Counted from the first letter of the stretch, positions 48,521 through 59,848 are shown. The stretch is DNA of 64,000 nt from an uncultured Nitrospiraceae bacterium (GCA_963846575.1 CAWJWJ010000002.1:2368001-2432000); one strand, 5' to 3'. Translations and numbers: made by a program. The notes: generated from the sequence alone by a model not told the origin.

Positions 48521-51500
48521 TTAGACTTTGATCTTGATATGTTCACCCTTGAGCCACTTGATCATGAACTCATTTTCCTGACCCGGCGTGAAACCGGTCC
48601 GGACCGGTTCCCACGGCCCACGCGCTCCGATGCCGCCGTCTTCCGCCTTGGTGATGCGGATCAGACATTCTTTCGGCACCGTGTTGACGGCATGGTGATC
48701 AATCTCAAAGCCCCATTTGAACTTCCATGCTATTGGCTTGCTTCCCGGGAAGCGAGTCGGTTTGGTGCATCGGCATGAGCCAACTGCTGGTAAATGACTG
48801 CTGCGCGCCATACCGGAAGTTCGACTGATAGCCGGTGTCCACCGCAATGGCGCGTCCGTCCGGCCGCGTCTCATGCCCCTTGACCGACTTCGGCGTCGAC
48901 ACATAGGGCGCATGCTTGGCCATCGTCACGTGGTACGGATACGCCGGGTTGTACTTCGCCCGGATCATCAGCCGCGCCACCTTGTAGTACGGGTCGGACG
49001 GCTTCCAGCCCCGATAGGGCCGGTCCACCGGGTTACCGTCCACGAAACAGTAGTCCCCGTCGTTGATGCCCCGGTCTTTCGCCGCCTGCGGGTTGATGTG
49101 GATCTGATGCTCGCCGACCCCCGGCGTCCGTTTGTCCATCCGGTAGGGATCGCCGAAGTTCGACTCGTAAATCTGCACCCAGTCGTTCACCGACCATTGG
49201 CTATGCACCCGGTGCCGGGTCTTCGGCGTCACGCAGTAGAACTGGTACCCCTTCTCCCACAACGGATTCGAACTCTGCTTGATTTCCTGCCACGGCAGCT
49301 TGATGTTGCGCACCGTCTTGTCGTCATGGTGCTGTGCCGTGATCGGAATCCCATAGTCCTCCGGCCGCACGTAGGGATTGGTCGTCATGATCGCATTCGG
49401 CAGATACGGGGTCGCCTCCGGCCCTTCCCGGTGCGAGATGAAGTTCTCCCCGTACTCGATCGCTTCCGGCTCGACACGGTAGGTCTCCAGCCGGCCCGAT
49501 CGCGTCCAATGCGGCTTCGACTCGTTGGTTTCTTCCCAGAGCGGATGCCGCGGATAGGTCCGGCACATCACCATCCAGCCCTTTTCCGACTTGAGCATCA
49601 CGTCGGCGCTGTAGCCGAAGAACGTGCTCGATGCATCGAGAATCCGTTGCACGTAAATGTCCACACGGTTCTCATACACGAACTTGTAGGTATCAGTCAT
49701 GCGTTGCTCACCGGTCATCTCCTTCAGTTTCACCGCCACACCGGCAAAACTATCGAGATCGTTTCTGGTGTCATACAACGGCCGGATGCCGCCCTTCCAG
49801 ATCTGCACCCACGGGTTTGACACGGTGGCCGTCATTTCCGGATAGGTGAACTCCATCCACGAATTCACCGCAAACGCCACGTCCGCATGGTTGACGTCCG
49901 AGGTCATCTCGATGTCCTGCGTGACCAGCATCTCGATGTTCGGATCGACGTTTTTGACCATGTCGTAGTGATGCTTGGCATTGTTGAGAATATTGACGTT
50001 CACGACCCAACGGATTTTGCTCGGGCTCGGCATGTGCGTCTTGCCGGTGAACACCTTGCGTCCGTACTTCGGCGTATTGACGATCAAGGCCTTGTCGCCG
50101 TGATTCCAATAGCCCGGCTCCTCGCCGTAGTAGTACTTGCGATACTTGATTTCCTTGCCGTGGACATTCTGATTGAGGTTCAGATTCCAGGGATCTTCGC
50201 CGAGATACACGCTGGCGCCCGCACCAGACCAGGGCGCCGCCTGCCAGATGCCGACCTTGTAATTCCCGGACCAGGTATGGCACCCGGTGCCGAATTTCCC
50301 GATATTGCCCGTCAGCATCATCACCAAGGCCGCCGCTCGTCCCATCGACGTCATATGGAAATAGTGACAGACACCTTCGCCGTTATGAATGGCCGCCGGC
50401 TTCACCGTGCCACAATCCCGCGCCCATCGCACGATGAGGTCTTTCGGCGCGCGGTTGACCTGATGCACCGTGTCGAGGTCGTAGTCCTGCAGGTGAATCG
50501 TATACATTTGATAAATCGGCATCACGTCGACTTCACGTCCGTTGAGCAGTTTCACCCGATAGGTGCCGGTCAGGGCCGGATCGATCCCGCTCTGGGCCAT
50601 GTGATAGCCGACTTGCTCCCGATGCAGCGGAACGGCATGCCCCTTGGCCAGATCCCAGACCATCATGCCCCCGAGCCGCTGGATGTTCTCCTTGCTCAGT
50701 CCCTGCACCCTGCCCGAATAGGATTTTGAGAAATCGGGCAAGTGATAGTCCTTCACTACCTCGTGCGGATCGAGATACTGCAAGGTATCCGTCCGGACCA
50801 GCAGAGGCATGTCGGTAAATTCCTTAATGAAATTGATATCCTGGAAATTCTCATCGAGGAGAATCTTACAGGCGCCGAGAAACAGCGCTCCGTCCGTCTC
50901 GGGGCGAACCGGAATCCAATAGTCGGCCCGGCTGGCCGTGGGATTGTATTCCGGGGTGATCACGACGAGCCGCGCCCCGCGTTCCATGCTCTCCAGTTTC
51001 CAGTGCGCTTCCGGCATTTTGTTTTCGACGAAGTTTTTGCCCCAACTGGTGTTGAGCTTCGTGAAGCGCATGTCGGAGAGGTCGACGTCGCAGTTCTGCG
51101 TCCCGTTCCACCAGGGCTGAGAAGGGTCTTGATCGCCGTGCCACGTATAGTTGTTCCAATACCGGCCGCCTTGCGCCTGATCCGGACTGACTTTGCGGAT
51201 CCAGCTATCCAACAGGGGCAGCACACAATTGTTGAATCGGGTATTGGCGTGCTTGCCCATCATCCCGAGGATCGGCATGCCCGCGCGATGCTTGAACGTC
51301 CGCACGCCCGCGCCCTTCATCATCTCGATCATTTCCGGAGCATACCCCTGCTCGCGGAGACGACGCGCGCCGGCTTCGCCGCTATAACGGGTCCCGATCA
51401 CGACCAGCCCTTTGGCCACGTAAGTAAAGGCCGTGTCCCAGGACACCCGGACCATATCGTCCAGGAACCGGGCGTCGAATTTGTACTTCCGTTTGTTGTC

Positions 51501-51962
51501 CGACGTCAGTTCCGGAGAGCCGTCATCCATCCACTGCTTCCAGCCTTTGCGCATCAACGGACCCTTCAACCGGTAGGGACCGTACACGCGCCGGTGGAAC
51601 GTGAAGCCCTTCAGGCACATACGAGGGTTATGGGCGAACGAGCCCCGGTTGCCGTAGAGGTCTTCATAAGTTTGGTGGTCATAGTTCTGCTCGACGCGCA
51701 TGACGACGCCGTTCCGGACGAACGCCCGGATGCGGCAGGCATGCGTATCGTTCGGTGAGCAGACCCAGGTGAAGGATGAGTCATACCGATATTGATCGTG
51801 ATAGACACGCTCCCACGACCGGTCGGGATATTCGCCTAACGGATTGTCGACCTCGACGACGGGCTGCAACGCGGTCAGTGCCAAGGCCCTGTCGGCAATG
51901 GCTGCCACCGCGACCGTCCCCGCCGAGACCTTTAAAAACTGCCTGCGGGATAACTGCATCAT
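48521..51962 (-). CDS. nxrA: Nitrite oxidoreductase alpha subunit, Mo-bisPGD type II DMSO reductase family (one +1 frameshift near 48733)
   Basis: Tat signal SRRQFLK, FeS motif CSPNDTHAC...RMC, TWHGDQ Mo-ligand Asp; C-terminus WKFKWGFEIDHH...GEHIKIKV lies in ORF 48521-48913; GAGGAGG SD. Confidence 0.96.
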
Positions 51963-52201
51963 GAAATATACCTCCTCAAATGAAGACAGGACACTCTAGG
52001 CGCCACAGTCCATGGCGCCGCACACGACTTCATCAATGACCGGAGCAGGCCGATGAGTACACAACCCCCTTCCAGGCGCACGGTTCTTCCGCCACACGAG
52101 TGGCCGGTCACCCAGCGATGCCGCGGCGCGCAAGCCTCTGCGCAAAGAACGATGCTCCCCGTTAAAAGAGTAGGAGAATAAAAAATCACGAGGACCCCCT
52201 G

Positions 52202-52217
52202 TGCAGCTCACATGCCA
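52202..52217 (-). promoter_or_regulatory. sigma54 -24/-12 promoter of nxrAB
   Basis: Minus strand TGGCATGTGAGCTGCA (GG-N10-GC), directly downstream of a sigma54 activator gene. Confidence 0.7.
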
Positions 52218-52309
52218 CGAGACTGTCCCAGGGCGCCGACGTCTATGTGATTGAAATCACGCGCAGTTGGAATCGGTCACCGATAAACCTCGTGGGCGCG
52301 GCGAATGGA

Positions 52310-52359
52310 CCACGAAATTGCGTGGTGGGATATCACGGTTCCACCACGAAATGTCGTGG
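52310..52359. promoter_or_regulatory. Tandem palindromic upstream activator sites CCACG-N6-CGTGG
   Basis: CCACGAAATTGCGTGG (52310-52325) and CCACGAAATGTCGTGG (52344-52359), about 95-140 bp upstream of the -24 element. Confidence 0.65.
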
Positions 52360-52415
52360 GGCTCCGTGATCAGACCGGACGGGCGGGCAATGACAAGGGA
52401 TCTGGATAGAAGGAT

Positions 52416-53936
52416 CTACCGACGGGAAGGACGACAAATACCGAGCTTGTGCAATTTGCTGCGAAGCGTACTTGGCGCCAGCCCCAATCGCTCCGCCGCA
52501 CCTCCGGACCCTTCGACTCGCCACTCGAGTAACGTCAGCGTCTGAAGGATGTGCCGGCGCTCTTCGTCTTGCAACGTGCGTCGGGGCGTTGAATCGGCAA
52601 CCGGGCGCATATTCATCAGGGCGGGATCGATCCGTAACATCGGCTCATGGCACAGGATCAGTCCCCGCTCAATGATGTTCTCCAATTCCCGCACGTTGCC
52701 AGGCCAGGCATAGCGCACCAGTCGCTCCATCGTCGGCCCATCAAAGTCCTGACACGACCGTTTGAGACGCTGGGCATGAAACCGGAGAAAATGACGGGCG
52801 AGAATCGGGATGTCTTCGGGTCGCTCCCTGAGTGGAGGCATATGGATGGGAAACACATTCAGCCGATAGTACAAATCGCTGCGGAACCGCCCCTGCTCGA
52901 TAGCCGTATGCAAATTGGCGTTGGTCGCGGCGATGACACGGACGTCGACGGGAACGGCCTTCGCCCCGCCGACCCTGTCGACCAGGCCGTCCTGCAGCAC
53001 GCGCAGAAGTTTGACCTGCGCATCAAGCGGCATCTCGCCGATCTCATCGAGAAACAAGGTCCCGCCGTCGGCAAGTTCGAATCGTCCGACACGTTGCTGA
53101 TCGGCTCCGGTAAACGCTCCCCGCTCGTGGCCGAACAGTTCGCTTTCAATCAACCCGGATGGAAGCGCCGCGCAATTGAGCCGGACGAAGGCCCGGTCCC
53201 GCCGCAGGCTCCGCTCATGAATGGCACGGGCCAGCACCTCCTTGCCCGTCCCCGTTTCCCCCGTCACCAGGACGGTCGCCGTGGTCGGAGCCGCCTGCCT
53301 GGCGAGGGTCAGCACTTGCTCGAAGGCCTGGCTCCGTCCTACGACGATCCCATGATCCTGCGTGGCCTTGAGTTCCTCCGCCAGATACACGTTCTCCTGC
53401 GCCAATTGGTCACGCAGGCGGTTGATCTCCTCATAGGCATTGACGTGGGCAATGGCAAAACCGATCTGCGTGGCGACCTGCTGAAGAAAATCCACATCGC
53501 CCGGATCGGGATGACCGGCTTCGATGCTGCCGATATTTAAGGTTCCGAGGCACGCCTCCTGAACCATCATCGGCAAGTTGATCATCCGCCCCAGTCCCTC
53601 TTGCAAGTAACAGTGATCTTCGACGAACAGTTGTTCCTTTTGAAGATGGGGCCGCACATGAACCCGCTGGTGGTCGTACACCCAGCCCACCGCACTGCGC
53701 TCCCGAGGGATCATGGCGTCGCTGCGCAGCACGACTTTCGGCAGATTGGTCTCGACCGCATAGAAACGAAACGCGTCCGATTGCAGATCGTAAACGGTGA
53801 TCCCCGCCCGTTCCCAACGAACCACCTTTGCCAACTGATCGGTGACGGCACGAAACAGGCTGTGCCGGTTGCGCTGGGAATTCAGCACGTTGGTGACTGA
53901 CAGCAGGGTGCGATAATTGAGGTCGACGTTTTGCAC
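52416..53936 (-). CDS. GAF-AAA+-HTH sigma54-dependent activator (NifA/FhlA-like)
   Basis: N-terminal [43 protein letters not shown]-terminal [12 protein letters not shown]. Confidence 0.93.
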   Translation of the reverse strand: MQNVDLNYRTLLSVTNVLNSQRNRHSLFRAVTDQLAKVVRWERAGITVYDLQSDAFRFYAVETNLPKVVLRSDAMIPRERSAVGWVYDHQRVHVRPHLQKEQLFVEDHCYLQEGLGRMINLPMMVQEACLGTLNIGSIEAGHPDPGDVDFLQQVATQIGFAIAHVNAYEEINRLRDQLAQENVYLAEELKATQDHGIVVGRSQAFEQVLTLARQAAPTTATVLVTGETGTGKEVLARAIHERSLRRDRAFVRLNCAALPSGLIESELFGHERGAFTGADQQRVGRFELADGGTLFLDEIGEMPLDAQVKLLRVLQDGLVDRVGGAKAVPVDVRVIAATNANLHTAIEQGRFRSDLYYRLNVFPIHMPPLRERPEDIPILARHFLRFHAQRLKRSCQDFDGPTMERLVRYAWPGNVRELENIIERGLILCHEPMLRIDPALMNMRPVADSTPRRTLQDEERRHILQTLTLLEWRVEGSGGAAERLGLAPSTLRSKLHKLGICRPSRR

Positions 53937-54213
53937 GACGAGCTTCTCCCCTCGAGAGATGATCCGCAGAGAGGCGACTCAATGGACCGTACGCGCTGGA
54001 GCAGGACCCCGCCAGGAGAGACAGATGCGAGAACAGCCCTACGGAAAAGCCTCGCTCGTCGCGGTTGCTTGATGCGCTGTTGGCATCATAAGGGGGGACC
54101 GATTCTGGATTCCAGCCGCTTTCCCGATCTTCATCGAAAAATAATCTTCAGCGCCCCGTGCCTCTAAGCCTGAGCTTCGAGAAGCTGAGTCGGCAGCCGG
54201 CCGGCACCGCCGC

Positions 54214-55761
54214 TTAATGCCGGCCGGTGCCCGGTGTGCGGCGACCCTCATCGATTCCCGGACCGGAGCGACGGCGGGAAAAGCTGCGTCCCGCTTCAGG
54301 GCCCAGCGACTCCGACCCGGGGCCGATCGACGGGTTGAGGGGGCGCGTCGTCAATCCCAGGTCAGGACTCCTTCGTGGAACGAACGAACCCGGCATGCGA
54401 TCCTGCCGCTCTCGGGTCCGGTCGACGTGCGGCGAGCTTCGCCTTCCGGAAGGTGGTCCGGCAGCCCCCTTCTTCGGAACGGCCTGCTCCATGTCTTCCT
54501 CGTCTTCAAGAAAGGAATCGATCGGTTCCTCAGCCCCGTTGACCGCCAGGTTCGTCGCCATGACTTCCTTCGCCATGGACTCCGCCATAGGCAACTCATC
54601 GGCATAGACGTCGGTCTCATATTCCGCCGTGGAGGGGGTGGCGAGCGAGGTCCAGACGGATTGCCCGGACTCGGTGATATTGATGCTCGTCACGGTCGAC
54701 AGGCCGGGCCTGATGGGGTGTTCCCGCAGTTCATCGGCCGGTAATGCGATACGCACCGGCACGCGCTCGACGATATGAATGAAGTTGCCCGTGGAATTGT
54801 CCGGGGGAAGAAGGGCAAAGGCGCTCCCACTCCCCGGCACGAGCCCCTCGACGGTGCCATGGAAGGTTTGTTTGGATCCGTACAGGCTCACGTTCACCAA
54901 CGCCGGCTGCCCGGGACGCACATGTTGGAGTTCGGTTTCGCGCAGGTTGGCTTCGACCCACAAATGATCCAGCGGCACGATCGTCATCAGGAGGGCGCCG
55001 GGCTGGACGCGATCTCCCACTTGCGCCTTGCGTTTGGCGACATAGCCGGAAATCGGAGCACGGATTTGTTGCCTCGCATATTCCAGGTGCGCCTCAATCA
55101 GCTGATGTTTGGCCAAATCGACGGCCGGATGTTCCCTGACCGTCGTCCCCCCGATCTGCGCGTCGAGCGAGTCCAACTCCGCCTGCGTCTCCCGCACTTC
55201 CGCTTCCAGACTCGCAATCTTATCCGCCGTGTTCTGCAGAATCTGTTTGGAAATCGCCCCGCTCGGAGACGCCTGCCGGTACCGCTCCATGTCATGATCG
55301 GCCAGCTCCAATCGCGCCGTGCGCGATCGTAACTTTTCCCCCAATTGCTTCCGATTGATAAACAGTGAGGCGATACGACGGACTTCCTCTCCCAATCGCC
55401 CCCTCGCCCGACCCAGGGCGGCATAGGCCTGGTGCTCATCAAGGCGAATCATCAGATCGCCCCGATTCACGAATTGTGTCTCTTCCGCCAGGACCTGCGT
55501 AATGATGCCCGAGGCCTGCGCCGCCACCGGGACAAGGTTGCCGGTGACATAGGCGTTATCGGTCCGTATCCAAAACCGGTCGTGGGTCCACCAGTAGATG
55601 AGATATCCGACAGTGGCCATCAGCACCAGCCCGGCCACCATCAGCAGGCGTCGGTTGCGGCGCGCACGAATGGCCTTCGGATGGATGCGGTAGGAGGTTG
55701 GCGGCGGAGTCCCACCCGGGGACTGAGGACCAGAGGACATATCTGCAGTTGTCGTCGTCAT
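54214..55761 (-). CDS. EmrA/HlyD family membrane fusion protein with long C-terminal extension
   Basis: TM, TDNAYV, IRAPISG, WVEANLRET, GSAFALLPPDNSTGNFIHIVERVPVRI. Confidence 0.9.
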   Translation of the reverse strand: MTTTTADMSSGPQSPGGTPPPTSYRIHPKAIRARRNRRLLMVAGLVLMATVGYLIYWWTHDRFWIRTDNAYVTGNLVPVAAQASGIITQVLAEETQFVNRGDLMIRLDEHQAYAALGRARGRLGEEVRRIASLFINRKQLGEKLRSRTARLELADHDMERYRQASPSGAISKQILQNTADKIASLEAEVRETQAELDSLDAQIGGTTVREHPAVDLAKHQLIEAHLEYARQQIRAPISGYVAKRKAQVGDRVQPGALLMTIVPLDHLWVEANLRETELQHVRPGQPALVNVSLYGSKQTFHGTVEGLVPGSGSAFALLPPDNSTGNFIHIVERVPVRIALPADELREHPIRPGLSTVTSINITESGQSVWTSLATPSTAEYETDVYADELPMAESMAKEVMATNLAVNGAEEPIDSFLEDEEDMEQAVPKKGAAGPPSGRRSSPHVDRTRERQDRMPGSFVPRRSPDLGLTTRPLNPSIGPGSESLGPEAGRSFSRRRSGPGIDEGRRTPGTGRH

Positions 55762-55765
55762 TGAT

Positions 55766-57274
55766 TTAGCTCGGATTTTGTTTCGGTCGTTTTTCAATAT
55801 CGGGATTGTGATAACCGCCGCCCAACGATTCGATCAGATCGACGGCCGCCACGAGTTGATCGCTCTCCAATGCTCTCAACGCATATTCCTGCTCCAGGAC
55901 CGGATATCGGTGCCGCAACACCTCGCGGTCATCGTCGAGACCGTTTACGAGTCGTATCTTCGCCAGCCGCCAGTCATCCCCGAGAGACGCCACCAGCCGT
56001 TTGTGCGAGGCCATGATCTCGCTGGTCGTTTGCCAGGCGCTCAAGCTATCGGCAACTTCCCGCATAGCGTCCAACAAGGTCTCGTTGTATAGTTCCACCG
56101 CCGCATCATATTCCGCCCGTTGCGCGCCCAGTTCCCCCCGCAGCCGTCCGCCCTCGAACCAAGGCATCCGTAAACCGGGCGCCAGTCCATAGCTGAAGCT
56201 TTGGCCGCTGAAGAGAAAATTGGCGAGCTTGTCGGTGCCCTTCGCCAGCGTCAACGCATTGAATCCCACAAACCCCGTCAGGTCGATCGTGGGATAGAAC
56301 TGAGTGGTCGCCACCCTGACCATTCGCGAGGCGGCGTGAGCCCGATAGAGGGCCGCCGCCAGGTCCGGCCGATGGACCAGCAGGCTCATCGACAAATGAT
56401 CCGGTGCCGCAATGTGACTGGGCACTATCACCTTCGGCCTGGCAAACAGATGCGCCGCTTCGTCAGGCCCCCTGCCGGCCAACCGCGCCAGCAAATGCCG
56501 CTGCACATCCAGCTGATCGCGGATTGCCGCCTGCCGCTTGAACGCCGCTTCATAGTCGGCCACCGCCATTTTCACCGGTTGATCATTGTCCAGGCCGAGC
56601 CGGAATCGGGTTTCCGCCAGGGTTTTGAGATCACGACGAATACCGACAATGGTTTTCACAATGGTGAGTTGCTGCTGAAGAGCCTGTCCCCGGAAGTAGG
56701 CGCGCGCAATGCCGGTCGTCAACCGTAACCGCACTTCGGCAGTTTCCGCCTCCTCTGCCGCCGCATGCCCCAGGGATGCCTCCAGCATCGCCCGGTTCTT
56801 TCCCCAAAAATCGAACTCATACCGGAAGCTCAACGGGTTGATGATCCCATACATGATCCGGATGCCCGCCACTTCCGGATTGAGGGCGGCAAACACGCCG
56901 CGTTGCGAGATGCGCTCATAGGTCAATGAGGCATCGGCTTCCAGAAACGGCAGGAGCCGCGCGCCTTCTACCTTCACGAGCGATTGCGCCTGCCGCAGCC
57001 TGGCGGAGGCCATCTTCAACCCGGGGTTGTCCTTGAGCGCCTGGTCGATCAGTCCATTCAATTCCGGATTACCGAACTGTTCCCACCACCGGTCCTCCGG
57101 CCACTTCTGGAGCCGGCTCGTCACTTCCGCTAACGTTTCCGTCATCTCCGGCGGTTCGAGATACTGCGCGGGTGGATCACCCTTCGGAATCCAGGCACAG
57201 CTGGCGAAGCTGAGCGCGCAGCCGATACCGACACAGAGTTGCAACCGGTGCGCGGCCGTTGAACGCGAACTCAT
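55766..57274 (-). CDS. NodT-family outer membrane efflux lipoprotein
   Basis: Lipobox FASC, WWEQFGNPELNGLI, DFWGK, RPDL, FYPTIDL, SLGGG. Confidence 0.9.
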   Translation of the reverse strand: MSSRSTAAHRLQLCVGIGCALSFASCAWIPKGDPPAQYLEPPEMTETLAEVTSRLQKWPEDRWWEQFGNPELNGLIDQALKDNPGLKMASARLRQAQSLVKVEGARLLPFLEADASLTYERISQRGVFAALNPEVAGIRIMYGIINPLSFRYEFDFWGKNRAMLEASLGHAAAEEAETAEVRLRLTTGIARAYFRGQALQQQLTIVKTIVGIRRDLKTLAETRFRLGLDNDQPVKMAVADYEAAFKRQAAIRDQLDVQRHLLARLAGRGPDEAAHLFARPKVIVPSHIAAPDHLSMSLLVHRPDLAAALYRAHAASRMVRVATTQFYPTIDLTGFVGFNALTLAKGTDKLANFLFSGQSFSYGLAPGLRMPWFEGGRLRGELGAQRAEYDAAVELYNETLLDAMREVADSLSAWQTTSEIMASHKRLVASLGDDWRLAKIRLVNGLDDDREVLRHRYPVLEQEYALRALESDQLVAAVDLIESLGGGYHNPDIEKRPKQNPS

Positions 57275-58869
57275 GGCACCTCCTCAATTAATTCTTCGGC
57301 ACGCCGGCGCCGCAAATCCTCGGCCTGGGTCGGCGCCAAGCGCAAGTGCGTCGGGTGAGCGAACCACACGAGAATTCCCAGTGCCACAAACATGAAGCTG
57401 GCCACAAGAAACGCATCGTTGAGGCCCAGGATTGCCGCTTCCTGCCTGATCAGGAGTGCGAGTTTGCCCTGGACTTCCGCCGGCGACAGCCCCGCAGCGC
57501 CCAATTTTGCCGACAATTGCGCCATCGGATCGAAGGATATCGACTGCCGTCCCCCGAAATGATCGGCTAAATGAAGTTGATGGAAGTGGGTGCGGCGAAA
57601 CAGGACGATCCCCTGGAACGTGATCCCGAACGCGCCGGCGGCCACGCGTAACAGGTTGGCGACCTCCGCCGCCCGCATGACCAACGGACCGGACAGGCCA
57701 TGCAAGGTCAACACGGTCACCGGCGTAAAGAAGGATCCCAGGAACACCCCCTCCACCACCATCGGCCAGAACAGTTGCTCATAGGACTGAGGATCGTCGT
57801 ACAGACCCAACCAATAGAAAGTCCAGGCAAATCCCAGACTGTTCAAACAGATCAACCAGCGGGCATCGATATATTTGCAGAGCGAATGCATGACTGCGAT
57901 GGCCGGTGCGCCCAGCAAGACCAGGGGGAGCAACGCCATCCCCGCCAGTTTCGATGAGTAGCCCAGAATGAGTTGAATCTGCACGATCAAGAGTGACAAC
58001 AGCCCTTGGATCGAAAAAAATCCGAGGGTCAGGCTGATCAGGCCGATCACAAAATTGCGATGCATGAAGAGTCGCAAGTCGAGTGTCGGATGGCGCTCTC
58101 CCAGTTCCCAAATAACGAAACAGGGAAAGGCAATCACCAGGACCACTGCAATGACCTGAAGCAAGGGGGAGTCCAGCCAGTCGAAATCGTTGCCCATGTT
58201 GAGCAACGTTTGAAGGCCCAGGAGCAAACCAGCCAGCAGCACAAACCCGACCAGATCAAAACGGGCGTACCGGCGGTGAAAGCCCCGGCCGTACAACAGG
58301 GCCCCGAGCGTCCCGACAATCACGAGGGTCAGCACAAAATCCAGGTAGAAGAGAAACCTCCATCCCAGCACATAGGCGATGTACCCCCCCACCGGCATGC
58401 CGATGGTGAAGGGGGTAATGCTGAACAATCCCCAGACCGTCAGCGCGACCGCCTTCAACCGTTTCGGGTATTCGTTGAGTAACATCGATTGGGCCAGCGG
58501 CAGGGTAATGCCCCCGGCAATGCCCTGCACGATCCGCGCTGGCACGAACTGGGCGAGCGTCTGACTGTCGCCGCAGAGAAAGGAGGCCACGCTGTAGACC
58601 CCGAACGCCGCGATCAAGAGACGGTAGTCGCCGATCCGGCCCGACAAGTATCGCGCGAGGGGAAAACCCAGGGCCAACCCGACCATAAAGTCGGTTTGCG
58701 CCCAGGTGAGAAAACTCGGCAGCACGCCGCCCAGATCTCCCGACACGTGTGGCAGCAGCGCGATATAGGACCCGGCGTTGAACAGCACGACGATGTGCGC
58801 CAAGCCGAGTACGGCATTGAAGAGCACGAATCGCCAGCCATGTAATCGCCGGAAATACACAGTCGCCAT
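57271..58869 (-). CDS. EmrB/QacA (DHA2) MFS efflux permease
   Basis: About 14 TM; RIVQGIAGG...PLAQS, GWRFLFY, GNDFDWLDS, DLRLF...NF. Confidence 0.88.
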   Translation of the reverse strand: MATVYFRRLHGWRFVLFNAVLGLAHIVVLFNAGSYIALLPHVSGDLGGVLPSFLTWAQTDFMVGLALGFPLARYLSGRIGDYRLLIAAFGVYSVASFLCGDSQTLAQFVPARIVQGIAGGITLPLAQSMLLNEYPKRLKAVALTVWGLFSITPFTIGMPVGGYIAYVLGWRFLFYLDFVLTLVIVGTLGALLYGRGFHRRYARFDLVGFVLLAGLLLGLQTLLNMGNDFDWLDSPLLQVIAVVLVIAFPCFVIWELGERHPTLDLRLFMHRNFVIGLISLTLGFFSIQGLLSLLIVQIQLILGYSSKLAGMALLPLVLLGAPAIAVMHSLCKYIDARWLICLNSLGFAWTFYWLGLYDDPQSYEQLFWPMVVEGVFLGSFFTPVTVLTLHGLSGPLVMRAAEVANLLRVAAGAFGITFQGIVLFRRTHFHQLHLADHFGGRQSISFDPMAQLSAKLGAAGLSPAEVQGKLALLIRQEAAILGLNDAFLVASFMFVALGILVWFAHPTHLRLAPTQAEDLRRRRAEELIEEVP

Positions 58870-58885
58870 GCTTCAGCTCCACCAC

Positions 58886-59767
58886 TCAATACGACGGAGA
58901 GTAGCCCGGGTGGTCGGCCCGGGACTGCCCCGGTTCAGCTTGGACTGCCGCCTGGGCGGATGGCCCCGAGGACGCCGTGGCGCCGCTATGGGCGGCGTAA
59001 ATCGCCAATCCCGTAAACACCATACCCCCGACCAGATTTCCCGCCGTCACGGGAATCTGGTTCCACAGCCACCAGGTCGAGACGCTCACATTCGCCCCCA
59101 GGATCATCCCGACGGGAATGAGAAACATGTTTACGACCGCATGTTCGAAGCCCTGAGAAAAGAACAACAGGGTCGGACCCCAGATGGCGAGAATCTTTCC
59201 GGAAAAGGACGTGGACATAAAGGCTGCCACGACCGCCAGGCTGACCATCCAGTTACACAGCATGCCCTTGGTGAAGGCGGCCAGAAGCCCGGACGTGCCG
59301 TGGGAGGCATAGTAGTTGGTTTTTGCTTCGGCGATCGTGATGAGTTTGGTACCGACGGCATTGAGCTGGGCGTCTCCCGCAGTCGTCAGGGCAATCGCAA
59401 ACAACCCCGCGTAGAGCGTGCTGCCCAACAGATTGCCCAGGAACACCCAGCCCCAGTTTGAGAAGACGTGGCGAAGACCGGCGTTCTTGTGGCCGGCGAC
59501 GGCCGCGCAGGGCAGGAGTGCAAAGCTGCCGGTGATGATCTCCGCCCCGAGCAGAATAGCCAGTGCCAGGCCGAACGGAAAGAGGAGACTCCCGAGGATC
59601 CAGTACCCCGTTTCAACTGCCACCGTCACGGCCATGCTCGTCCCGATGCCCAGATAGGCGCCGGCCAGCATACCGCGCAGGAGCAGTTGTCGAGGCGGCA
59701 ACCTCAGTTTCAACGCTCCGCTGGCCAGCATACTATCCACTACACCGTGTGGCTTCACATAGTCCAT
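58886..59767 (-). CDS. Formate/nitrite transporter (FNT) family channel, NirC-like
   Basis: LFPFGL, GAEIITG, GNLLG, KGMLCNWMV, GFEHAVVNM, GNLVGG. Confidence 0.92.
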   Translation of the reverse strand: MDYVKPHGVVDSMLASGALKLRLPPRQLLLRGMLAGAYLGIGTSMAVTVAVETGYWILGSLLFPFGLALAILLGAEIITGSFALLPCAAVAGHKNAGLRHVFSNWGWVFLGNLLGSTLYAGLFAIALTTAGDAQLNAVGTKLITIAEAKTNYYASHGTSGLLAAFTKGMLCNWMVSLAVVAAFMSTSFSGKILAIWGPTLLFFSQGFEHAVVNMFLIPVGMILGANVSVSTWWLWNQIPVTAGNLVGGMVFTGLAIYAAHSGATASSGPSAQAAVQAEPGQSRADHPGYSPSY

Positions 59768-59848
59768 CGCATCCTCCCTGTGAACCGTTCAAGGCACACT
59801 CTGCGATCCGACAGTGCTGCCGGATAACACTCCCGCTACCCAGGCCCT

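Noticed and set aside
47895..48795. Programmed ribosomal frameshifting in nxrA/nxrB
   Set aside because: No slippery heptamer or stimulatory structure at the junctions; the pattern fits consensus error better.
48873..51758. Long plus-strand ORFs antisense to nxrA (similar ones lie opposite tolC, the cytochrome and the regulators)
   Set aside because: Shadow frames produced by strong GC3 codon bias of the real genes.
51959..52189. 76-aa ORF overlapping the nxrA start
   Set aside because: No SD or recognisable motif; treated as untranslated leader.
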